A stretch of DNA of 64,000 nt. Source: Antedon mediterranea. Taxonomy: Eukaryota > Animalia > Echinodermata. The notes under the pieces were generated by a model. It saw nothing but the letters and a program-made list of their open reading frames with translations, did no database searches and had not been told where the DNA came from. Positions 49,201 to 58,646 of the stretch are shown piece after piece. The DNA lies in assembly GCF_964355755.1 (NCBI RefSeq), contig NC_092677.1, positions 10,190,101 to 10,254,100 on the forward strand, read 5' to 3'. A program made the position numbers and the translations under genes. The first letter of the stretch is position 1. Each line of letters starts with the position of its first letter.

Positions 49201-51620
49201 TTTACACACTTTTACACACTTACGACATATGCACGGCTCATAGTTTGATAGTGAAGACAGAGCTTTACACACTTTTACACACTTACGACATATGCACGGC
49301 TCATAGTTTGATAGTGAAGACAGAGCTTTACACACTTTTACACACTTACGACATATGCACGGCTCATAGTTTGATAGTGAAGACAGAGCTTTACACACTT
49401 TTACACACTTACGACATATGCACGGCTCATAGTTTGATAGTGAAGACAGAGCTTTACACACTTTTACACACTTACGACATAAAACGGCTCATAGTTTGAT
49501 AGTGAAGACAGAGCTTTACACACTTTTACACACTTACGACATATGCACGGCCGGCTCATAGTTTGATAGTGAAGACAGAGCTTTACACACTTTTACACAC
49601 TTACGACATAAAACGGCTCATAGTTTGATAGTGAAGACAGAGCTTTACACACTTTTACACACTTACGACATAAAACGGCTCATAGTTTGATAGTGAAGAC
49701 AGAGCTTTACACACTTTTACACACTTACGACATAAAACGGCTCATAGTTTGATAGTGAAGACAGAGCTTTACACACTTTTACACACTTACGACATAAAAC
49801 GGCTCATAGTTTGATAGTGAAGACAGAGCTTTACACACTTTTACACACTTACGACATAAAACGGCTCATAGTTTGATAGTGAAGACAGAGCTTTACACAC
49901 TTTTACACACTTACGACATAAAACGGCTCATAGTTTGATAGTGAAGACAGAGCTTTACACACTTTTACACACTTACGACATATGCACGGCTCATAGTTTG
50001 ATAGTGAAGACAGAGCTTTACACACTTTTACACACTTACGACATAAAACGGCTCATAGTTTGATAGTGAAGACAGAGCTTTACACACTTTTACACACTTA
50101 CGACATATGCACGGCTCATAGTTTGATAGTGAAGACAGAGCTTTACACACTTTTACACACTTACGACATAAAACGGCTCATAGTTTGATAGTGAAGACAG
50201 AGCTTTACACACTTTTACACACTTACGACATATGCACGGCTCATAGTTTGATAGTGAAGACAGAGCTTTACACACTTTTACACACTTACGACATAAAACG
50301 GCTCATAGTTTGATAGTGAAGACAGAGCTTTACACACTTTTACACACTTACGACATGCACGGCTCATAGTTTGATAGTGAAGACAGAGCTTTACACACTT
50401 TTACACACTTACGACATATGCACGGCTCATAGTTTGATAGTGAAGACAGAGCTTTACACACTTTTACACACTTACGACATAAAACGGCTCATCATAGTTT
50501 TACAAATTAGTAGTTTTTGCTGTTTTACTGATATTATACTTTTGGTTATGTTTTAAGTTTCTGTCATTATTACTAGGTATGTAACGGCATACACTATGTT
50601 ACCAGTATTCTTACTTGTACTGGATCAAGATGTTAATGCAGAGACTGCAATGCTTTATCCAGAATTATATAAAGATTTATTAAAGGTAATATCTAATTTC
50701 AATGGGTATATCATAATTTGTTAACATGATAAATTATCGTATCCTGATCCGCATACAACTAACTCTACTAAACGATCACTGCAATTCAAAGCCATACTAT
50801 TATGTTAAAATGAACATCAAATGTAGGTTTTGACATATACGGTAATAAAATAAACCTGCCTACTAAAGTTGTCTTTAATTGGAGAAAGACTGGTTTATTT
50901 CACTAATTAATTTCACTAATTCTTATAAATTTTTTTTCATTACTCTCAGGGTCGTGAGTTATCCTTTAAGATGTTCTTTATATGGGTGTTAATTAGTATA
51001 TTTCAAGGGGGCGCTATAATGTATGGCGCCCTCTGGCTGTTTAGCGGTGAGTTCATCCACATTGTCGCAATCTCGTTCACCGCGTTAATCATCACTGAGT
51101 TATTAATGGTTGCGTTGACGATACGCACCTGGCATTGGCTGATGGCGGTAGCGGAGTTGCTCAGTTTGTGTGTGTATGTTGCGTCGTTGTTCATATTTGA
51201 TGAATATTTTGGTAAGTACTGTATTATGTTTCTTGTAATTATTATAATGATATTGTAAAGAAAACCATCATACTCAAGAATAGCTAGTTTGCCCTTCTAT
51301 TTACTTGGATAAACAAATAAATGCCATTTTGTTTAATTATACCCCTAATAAATAATGGAATCAACCATTATCTATATTGTTCAATACTGAAACTTAAAAG
51401 CTTTATTAGATTTAATCATCATAATTTATTCATTACTGTTATTAATTAATTTTAATCCAATATAATTTATTTATTTATTACAGATCGAGAGTTCATTACA
51501 ACTTGGCCTTTCTGGTGGAAAGTTACAGTGATAACATTATTTAGTTGTGTACCTCTTTATATTCTCAAATATCTACGAAAGAAATTCAGCCCCCCAAGTT
51601 ACTCAAAACTTTCAGAATAA
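22237..51620 (+). CDS. ATP9B: Probable phospholipid-transporting P4-ATPase IIB (ATP9/Neo1 class), about 1103 aa
   Basis: Twenty-two exons, 3312 nt in frame: 22237-22310, 30703-30855, 31253-31403, 32079-32192, 32805-32972, 33171-33222, 33618-33712, 34054-34207, 34394-34560, 35025-35261, 35817-36125, 36498-36659, 36782-36874, 37247-37330, 37644-37814, 38356-38544, 39140-39284, 47223-47287, 47764-47984, 50577-50685, 50950-51211, 51484-51620. Motifs [39 protein letters not shown] and C-terminal FSPPSYSKL. The N-terminal [13 protein letters not shown] resembles ATP9B more than ATP9A. Confidence 0.95.
22832..23235. mobile_element. Probable non-autonomous DNA transposon with a CAC-type terminus
   Basis: Perfect 12-bp inverted repeat TGTGGCTAGAGG...CCTCTAGCCACA; the right end extends to CACAGTG. 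No clean target duplication. Confidence 0.5.
23370..23706. mobile_element. MITE family A, copy 2 (opposite orientation)
   Basis: Same TIRs as copy 1, TTA target duplication on both sides, in ATP9B intron 1. Confidence 0.88.
23883..24077. mobile_element. MITE family B (TIR AGCTCTGTCTACACTATCAAACT), representative of about 16 copies
   Basis: TAA/TTA target duplications in most intact copies; variable number of internal ~21-bp AATATGGTAGTGATA units. Other copies at about 1103-1209, 18703-18849, 24797-24920, 25814-25922, 31434-31525, 33772-33889, 34587-34740, 36180-36337, 46111-46268, 47310-47480, 48317-48437, 48642-48802, 55283-55418, 57073-57341 and 60121-60292. Confidence 0.9.
27070..27149 (+). 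CDS. Candidate alternative first coding exon of ATP9B
   Basis: AAAATGG start with an upstream in-frame TAA at 27049. Encodes [26 protein letters not shown], then a GTAAGT donor in phase 2, matching the acceptor at 30703. Confidence 0.6.
29240..29556 (+). mobile_element. Full-length tRNA-derived SINE with CORE-like domain and L2/CR1-type tail
   Basis: A box TGGCGCAGTGTG, B box GGTTCGAATCC, central GGCAAGATACTTTAC...CCAGGTGTATAAATGGGTACC, tail TGTAAAGCGCCTTTGAG...GCGCTATATAAAT(TAT)n, and an ATTCAG target duplication. Confidence 0.9.
30055..30542. repeat. About 67-bp tandem array (7 units) inside a Tc1/mariner-like MITE
   Basis: Unit CCCTCCTTTGGAACAGCTCTATTCAGGTTACACCCTAGATAACAAATAGGTGTCCTCTTTACGGTAT, bounded by TACAAT...CACTGTA. 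Related non-tandem copies near 35313-35458 and 60008-60090. Confidence 0.8.
37831..38104 (-). mobile_element. Second, more diverged copy of the same tRNA-SINE
   Basis: Reverse-complement similarity to 29240-29556 throughout, with the (TAA)n tail about 17 bp from an ATP9B splice donor. Confidence 0.85.
41238..41655. repeat. About 145-bp tandem repeat, 3 units
   Basis: ATTGATATTGATCT...CCTGCACTCCAGCATTGAAAT recurs at 41238, 41387 and 41531. Confidence 0.9.
41790..42030 (-). mobile_element. tRNA-derived SINE with Deu/Nin-like central domain
   Basis: Minus strand: A box GTGGCTGAGCAG, B box GGTTCAAGGC, then GTCTTCTCGGATAAGGACTATAAACCATAGGTC...AGAACC...TAGGGGTTG, resembling the recalled Deu domain. 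A 3' half with tail lies at about 38800-39000 and a head fragment at about 45810-45903. Confidence 0.65.
43620..43882. repeat. About 85-bp tandem repeat, 3+ units
   Basis: ACCACGTGTATTTATCGTGCGAGCCGAACTATTGTTGT...CTGTACCCCTCTT repeated. It may lie within a larger degenerate TIR element (about 43278-44305). Confidence 0.85.
48063..48188 (-). mobile_element. Third tRNA-derived SINE family, fragment
   Basis: Minus-strand head GGTAGCTTGGTGGTTAA...GGGTTCAATTC; homologous block at about 38200-38330. Confidence 0.55.
48778..50500. repeat. 63/62-bp tandem array (about 27 units) derived from a MITE-B right TIR plus flank
   Basis: Unit ATAGTTTGATAGTGAAGACAGAGCT-TTACACACTTTTACACACTTACGACATATGCACGGCTC. 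The first unit is the end of the MITE at 48642-48802. Confidence 0.95.
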
Positions 51621-53078
51621 TTCAGACCCCCAAGTTTCTGAAAACTTTCAGAATTATTTAGACCCCTAAGTTACTCAAAACTTTCCGAATATTTCAGGGT
51701 ATTGAGAATCTTTTTCAACTGCAAATAAAATTTCTTTTCTTGTTTAAATTTGCTTTTTGAATTTCAATATACCAAATGGAATATATAATGTAATTTTTAT
51801 CTCATGATATATTGATAAACACAAGTTATGTTTTTTTAAAGTTTTATAATTTTTCTATAGATTAAATTAATTTTAAAGGCCTAGCAAGTGATACACTTTG
51901 ATAAATACTGTTATGTATTTCAGTAATCTTTTTGTTAAGTTAAATTGCTATAAATTAAGCAATTAATAATAGTAACAAGTTTGTGTGGGAAAAAGTGTAC
52001 TCTCACACAGTAGTAAATTATTATGTCTATTCTTAACCAACAGCTAATATAATATATCTCACCACCTTAATAATTAAAACATATGTTGTGTGGGAACATA
52101 TGGTGATTAAATTAAGAAACATGAATTTAATGAAACATGCACAGAGAAAAGAAAATAATTTTTACTACTAAGTTTTAAAAATGAATCAGAACTGCAGTAA
52201 ATATTTTATAGATAGCGTTAAATTATTTTGCATGATATTCACAGCGTAAAGCTTGAATCACACTTGAATGCACCAACGTGGATGCAACGCAAGTGAATTG
52301 ACCAATCATAAGCCACATTTCGGATGATCCATCGCGTCATGATTGGTCAAATTACTTTTGGTGTGCTTACGTCCTTGCGTTGCGTCAAAGAAGTCGCAAT
52401 GAAGATTTATTCTCACAGTAACTCTATTTTTAAACCGTTAAATTTGCGCTCTTTTATAAATTTAATTTACAACCATAGATATGTTTTAAATGGTTCACTG
52501 ATTTTAAGGAAAGATCAGGGTCGTGAAATATTCAATGGTTTCAAAGAAAGAATGCCTTGAAAGATTATTTGATTGAAGTTTTTATTGTTATTCGTCACAA
52601 TATCATCACTGTACCAAAACCCACTTGTCGTTCCTTTTTTAACAACTATGTTTAATTGTGTGAGTAGGCTTAGCATGACGAGGCAACTCAAAACTGAGCA
52701 CACCTTTTTGTTCACAAGTAGTACAACTTTGGGTATACAATTATAATGTAACGCAATCTAGTTTGTGTAAACCACAATTTACGTATTAAAGTGAAATAGT
52801 TATGTAAGAAGATGACAAGGCTGGCACTAAAAACAACTGCAAAAAAACTGTTAAAAGCAGTATACAATATCATCAATCAAGTGAATTCCCAATGTCAGTA
52901 ATACTAATGTATTTTGTTTCAGTACAATACAATTTTAATTATTCTTGTTTTTAACTGTTCTTCGGATTAAAGTAGTAGTACAGTAGTCAACAGTCTATTG
53001 AAAATGGTACTGAGACAAAAAAATCCACTATTTTGGATATTGTATAAAACACTGCAGCGCTTTAAAAACTTAACGTAA

Positions 53079-53459
53079 AGGCCAATTTACACAGACGAGC
53101 GGTAAAACGGTAAAGCGTGGTTCCCACTAGCGACGCAACGTAACGCAATCTACGCAACGTAAGCAAATGCCCTTCTAATAATTGTGTTTGTCCCCGCCTG
53201 CGTGAAATCAAACCCGCGATGTTTGCAGCCCTATTGCGTCGTCGGTTCCCACTTGTGATTACGCAATACAGCACATTGCGTCGATACGTCGCTGCGTTGC
53301 GTTCTAGTGGCAACCACGCTTAAGCGTAGCTTGTCCCACGTAGAATCTGTATCTATCGTGAGCGGAAACTCCCGTCCGCTCCGCGTTGTGTGCAAATGGT
53401 CACACGGATCAACATAGATTCTATTTTGTTATTACCGTAACCGCTCGTCTAATTGGACG
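53079..53459. mobile_element. MITE family D containing a nested family-C-type MITE
   Basis: Outer imperfect TIRs GGCCAATT..AGACGAGCGGT..ACGGTAA / TTACCGT..ACCGCTCGTCT-AATTGGAC with TAA flanks. Inner element 53114-53320 has a TAA duplication. Confidence 0.7.
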
Positions 53460-56400
53460 TAACCCCCAAGTTTTCTCTGGCCGCGCCGCTAGACCGAATG
53501 TGAGTTTGAATGTACAGTAGTACTGTATAGCCTTTTTGTTTCATTATTTATTATGTCTTGAAGAATGTTCTTTTATGAGCACGTCCGCATCTGTGCACAA
53601 CTTAACTGTTTTTGTATTACCGAAATTGTATACCCGATTCTCAGTGTTATATTCCCACATCACGACAATATTTTCCCAGTATTATAGAAAATCCGATAAT
53701 ATACCATAGAGATATTCACTATAATATCTCTATGGTAATAGGGCCTACATAAGTTAATTAACGCTAATATGTATTGCCGTGGTCTATCGGTTAAAGTCCC
53801 CGCTTAACAGTTTAAGACTCTACTGCGCATGCCACAATGTTCAAAACAAGACTTATTTTATAAAAACTTTTACAATTTATTTCTGTATACATTTCTGCAC
53901 ATATTCTGTATACATTGTATAGTGTTTGATATAAGTTTGTTTTAGATGTTGCTAAATACACAATATACACAGATCAACGAATAAGTGCATTTAATATTTA
54001 TTATACAAACTAAGATATCTGTGGTAGGTTTTTTTTTGTAGCAAAACAAGAACGAACTTGTTTGTGAATATTTGTGAAAAACTCACTACAAAGTTTGTTT
54101 TTTTTGTACTGTAGGTTTCGTATAGGATTATATTGTTGTAAATAAATACAAAATAATGTGTTTTTAGATTGACCATATATAATATATAGATGTTGTATTT
54201 AGATTTTTGTGAGCAATATAATATATTATATTTATTGTTTATGCATAGGAATTGTCGGTCCTCACGAAAAACTTGCATTCAACACATCATAACGTACGCT
54301 CCGCCCCTTTCACGCAGACGTAACCGTTTGTTATGATGTAATGATGACGCACGTGTGTGTGGCCATTTGTAAAATAACGTTCACGTAACGCTGTGGATCG
54401 AAAAGTTTATTTTTAGTTTATTTTTGTTGTATACAAACATTGTCTTTCATTATTCCAGTATAGTATGATTAATTAAATGCAATCTTCGCTTATATTTGGT
54501 GAAATGTCAAAGGCTCTACTTTAAATTTAAAGGGAAATGGTTGAATTTAAAATTCATTAACTTATTTTTGAAATTATACAATTATTTTCAAAAGACATAT
54601 TAGTAGAGGGTTGACTAATAAAGTTTAATTAGTAAATAACATGTGTTTGTTTTATATTTTTGTTTTATTCTGTAATCTCGACATATAATATTTCGACGGA
54701 AATTGTTGCTGAATCTAATCCAACACCAACATAGATACATTTCGGAAGCGAGTGTTTGATGCATTCATTTTGAAGCGTTGAACCGACACACCGACCGACC
54801 GACGGAAACCTTTCAACTACTCATCTAAGCAAGGCAATCTAAGAACAGGATGCCGAGCACCGGTTTATCTGTGACCGCGACAGTACTGTTGTCGCAGCCA
54901 GGCATAAGATTAAAGAACTGTTACTAACTGGTCCTAAGCATCTTGCTGTTTGGTTCGATGTTAGATTGCGCGGCAAATGAAATGAACACAACCTGAGACC
55001 AGGATACAATCTCTCCACAGTTGTAATGGAAATTTTAAATTATAGGTTATTTCCGTCGCTATGACTATGCCAATGGTCATATAAATAATTTGCTTCTTTA
55101 AATTAAATTTGAAATAATTTTCCCGTGGGAATTCTTACTTCCGTTTAAGAATTTCAACAAGAGTTCGATGGATTTGGACAAAATGTTGTCGACAGTGATA
55201 GTAATATCAAATATAATGAACGAATAATGGAACTATTCATTTACTTTTCTTATAGTTATTGTTCGTAGAAAGATGGCATAACAGCTACACTATCAAACTC
55301 TATGTGACAACAAAATGTGATGTGCCCATATATGTGGACACGATGATGTCATATCACTACCATATTTGGGCACATCACACTTTTTTTGTCAAACTAGTTT
55401 GATAGTGTAGACAGAGCTTTATAATTGTTTCATATAGGTGAAGATAATGACAAAATAATCCTGCTCAATGGAGCAGAACATCGTGCATGTTATTTGGAAC
55501 TTATCGGGTCCATTTCACCATGTCCAATATATACCACGATAGAATCTTTACTATAACGTGTTTTACGTTTTGTGGTTGCGTGTCCAAGTACAGTATTAAT
55601 CTAATCAAAAACCAAGACCACACACTGTTAAGTAATATTGTGTAAACATAAACGGAATTTTATGACGCGAATTGCGTTACATTTTATCGAGCTACGTGGT
55701 GGTCAAGTTAATTTAATTAATTAGGCACAGGATACACTGTATCTTTTTAATTGAAGTTATCAATATGCTAAGCTTACCAGAACTTCGTCACGTAATCCTT
55801 ACCTACTTCAGTACTAAATCGCCACTTCAGTCTTTCAATAAATTCTCCCTCCCCCAACCCCACTCCTCCGGCGCTCCACTTCCTTCCATTCCCACACTCT
55901 TGTCGTTTTCCAGGCCCGATGAATAGTGACAAATGCCACAGGCGATTGTATGTTATCGTTTGGCGGTTCCTCTTTGGCAGTCGATATAGCGCCGGTGTCG
56001 CGCCAAATTAGGTTCGCGGAACTAAATTAAACCCTGAGGCTTCATCCAGCCAAAAATTAGTAAACCGTACTGATTAGGTCATCAGCCAAAATTTAAAGTC
56101 TGTTATTGTTAGTCTTTCATTGACTATCGGTTTATTGAGTACCGGTATCGGTTTATTGATTATCGGTTTATGTTTCTTTAGTTACAGTAACCGGTTTCTA
56201 ATTTTATAGGTCTAATCGCAAAAAATAAAACGACATCATTTACAATGTGCTTTCCCATTTTATTATCTAAAAAGCTAATTCTCATAATTTAAAAATATTA
56301 TTTTATACAGTGTTAATTTCAATATTTTATCTCAATGCCTTAGCAAGTAAATTGACCAATGACAAGCTTGGCGCATCACATGCACTGGGCAAACGTTTGT

Positions 56401-57072
56401 CTGTGACGTCATTGTTGCGTCACAAGATTTTTTGTTGCGTTCCATCATAATTTTGTTTTCAATAGTTTGTGCTCCTTTTGCTCGTACGATAAAAAACCCC
56501 TCTACGTTGGCCCTAGTGTTACAACATATAATTATTTTAGTGTACCCTCAAGTACTGGCCCCAACTCCATTTTTTTCGTTGAAAGACAATTTAAATTCAG
56601 AATAAGTTAAGCTTAAGTCAATTTTATGTTTTAGCAAAATAGTTTCTTTAAAATGCTTACTCTACAAATATATAAATAAAAAACATGAAAACATTTATTG
56701 CGCTTTGACGTACGAAATGATGATTATGTGTATACAAACACGACACGCCACCGTTAAGCCTTACGGTAGGCCTACTGCAGAACTTGTGAAACAACCAAGA
56801 AAACAATAAATATTTACACACCGTATCAAACGTACATCACTTACTTAATAAAATAAATATTAGAATTTCATAATCAAAATTGTTTAAGAAAAGATAGGCC
56901 TAAACTATCACAATGCACTACTGGTAGGTCGGGTCTGACACTACCGCATCGTAACACGGTTGTTTTTAAGATGGTGATAAGATCATAAATGTTGTGATGC
57001 ACAGAAATCTATTGATTATTTTATACCGAACCCAATAACTAATTGTCTTTAGCAAAATTAGGATTTCCCTAA

Positions 57073-57341
57073 AGTTCTGCCTACACCATCAAACTTAATG
57101 CTTGGTTCCCACTTAGCGACGCAACACAAGGACGTAACGCAACGCAAGTGAATTGACCAATCACAAGCGATGGCTTATTCGCTTGTGATTGCTAACTGTC
57201 TATAACTTCGCTTGTCATTGGTTAAAACGCTTGCGTTGCGTTTACGTCCCTGCGTTACGTTCTAGTGGGAACCAAGCTTTATGTGACACAAATTGTGATC
57301 ATTTATTTTTGTCAATCTAGTTTGATAGTGTAGGCAGAACT
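57073..57341. mobile_element. MITE B with nested MITE C in the CHST 3' flank
   Basis: The family-B sequence AAACT-TTA-TGTGACA is split by a family-C copy (57099-57278). Confidence 0.85.
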
Positions 57342-57350
57342 TGTTTCTCT

Positions 57351-58646
57351 TTAGTGCCTTGTAAAATTCCATATATCAGGCAAAGGGCTTAGTAAGTCCT
57401 CCCTAAAATCTCTTAATAAATATTGCATCGGTGCTTCCCTGTATCCTAGCATTCTCAAGACATCTCTACAAACGTCTTGTATTCCGACGGACGTCTCAAA
57501 CGGGATGCTATTTCGCCATTCCTGCCATGTTGCCGAGGAATTACGACTGACGGCGTACGAGTCTCCGCTAGACGTCTGTGTGTTGTTAGTAATCCACTGT
57601 ACCACGTGTCGCGGAAGCTTTCCAAGACCCGCAAATTTATATAAATGCTGCGCCGTCTCTTCAGGCTTTCGTGCCATGTCCTCATACCTGACGATCTTAT
57701 AAATATCTTTTAGCCAATCAGGTGTTGGCTTATTTGTAACAAATTCTAAGTTTTGTTTCATACGTAAGCAAAGGTACCTTACGTTGTTCAACTCATCTGG
57801 CGTCATGTCCATACTAGTTTTTTTCTCGCTCTTTGCGCGACTAATAAACGTACCTCTTGGATCACGCACCAGATGTATGATCTTCAAGTTAAACGACTGG
57901 TCACGTGCTAAAGATTCAATATCTTGGAGCTTAGCAAAGCGAATTGTTTTTACTGCAAATAATTTATATTTTAGACACTCGTCGTGTGTTGTTACCGACT
58001 TTAGTGCCTTGCATGTTCTTTTTGGTCCTACGTTTGTTTCCGGTTCACACAGAGGTGGCGTAGATAACGCTCGACTAGACAAACGATGCAAATGATTTTT
58101 ACTGTAAAAATTCAACAACGAATGTTTTGGCGGGAAACGACAATTAAAAATATCAGATATCATCTCCGTAGAATTTCCCGCGAAATATTCTCGCGGCACT
58201 TTCTGTTCTATACTTTTAAGAGGTTCAAAATGAAAGAACACGTTTTTATTTTGATTAAATAATTGACCTAAGAAACTTGACCCGGATCTCCGGTTAGTGA
58301 TTATCAGGATATGTGATGGATCTTTTGGTACAAACTCTTCTGAGTTATCACGTCTTGAAAACAACGACGGTAACACTTGGAATCCAGGACCGTAGTTGAG
58401 AATACTACGACGGATGATTTGAGCGAGTTGAGGGCTTTGGTCCGCTGCTTCGCCTGAAACTTGACTACGTTGCTTGCCATGTTTATACGTCTCTAGTAAG
58501 ATTTCACTGGCAGTCTGTATGAATGTAAATATAACAGCAAGGATGAAGGCGTACGTGATGACGGCGAATGAGAAACAGGCCCGTGGGCGGTAGAATAAGC
58601 GACGAAGATTCATGGGCACTGAAAGAAATAAAACCCGTATGAACAT
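57351..58646 (-). CDS. Carbohydrate (Gal/GlcNAc/GalNAc) 6-O-sulfotransferase, CHST1/3/4/5-like; single coding exon
   Basis: 431-aa ORF with an N-terminal TM anchor (AVITYAFILAVIFTFI), 5'-PSB motif TNRRSGSSFLGQLF, FHFEPL, 3'-PB motif IIHLVRDPRG, and IVRYEDMA. The start could instead be the ATG at 58613. Confidence 0.93.
   Translation of the reverse strand: MFIRVLFLSVPMNLRRLFYRPRACFSFAVITYAFILAVIFTFIQTASEILLETYKHGKQRSQVSGEAADQSPQLAQIIRRSILNYGPGFQVLPSLFSRRDNSEEFVPKDPSHILIITNRRSGSSFLGQLFNQNKNVFFHFEPLKSIEQKVPREYFAGNSTEMISDIFNCRFPPKHSLLNFYSKNHLHRLSSRALSTPPLCEPETNVGPKRTCKALKSVTTHDECLKYKLFAVKTIRFAKLQDIESLARDQSFNLKIIHLVRDPRGTFISRAKSEKKTSMDMTPDELNNVRYLCLRMKQNLEFVTNKPTPDWLKDIYKIVRYEDMARKPEETAQHLYKFAGLGKLPRHVVQWITNNTQTSSGDSYAVSRNSSATWQEWRNSIPFETSVGIQDVCRDVLRMLGYREAPMQYLLRDFREDLLSPLPDIWNFTRH

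Noticed and set aside
48597-50556. Cys-rich repetitive ORF (48760-49461, minus) and + strand repeat ORFs resembling a metallothionein or keratin-associated protein; array superficially CRISPR-like
   Set aside because: The ORFs are a by-product of a 63-bp (21-codon) unit and break at the 62-bp variants. The 'spacers' are identical, there are no cas genes, and the locus is a eukaryotic intron.
57455-58095. Antisense and alternate-frame ORFs within CHST, and similar ones within ATP9B exons and the sHSP
   Set aside because: Expected shadows of real coding sequence.
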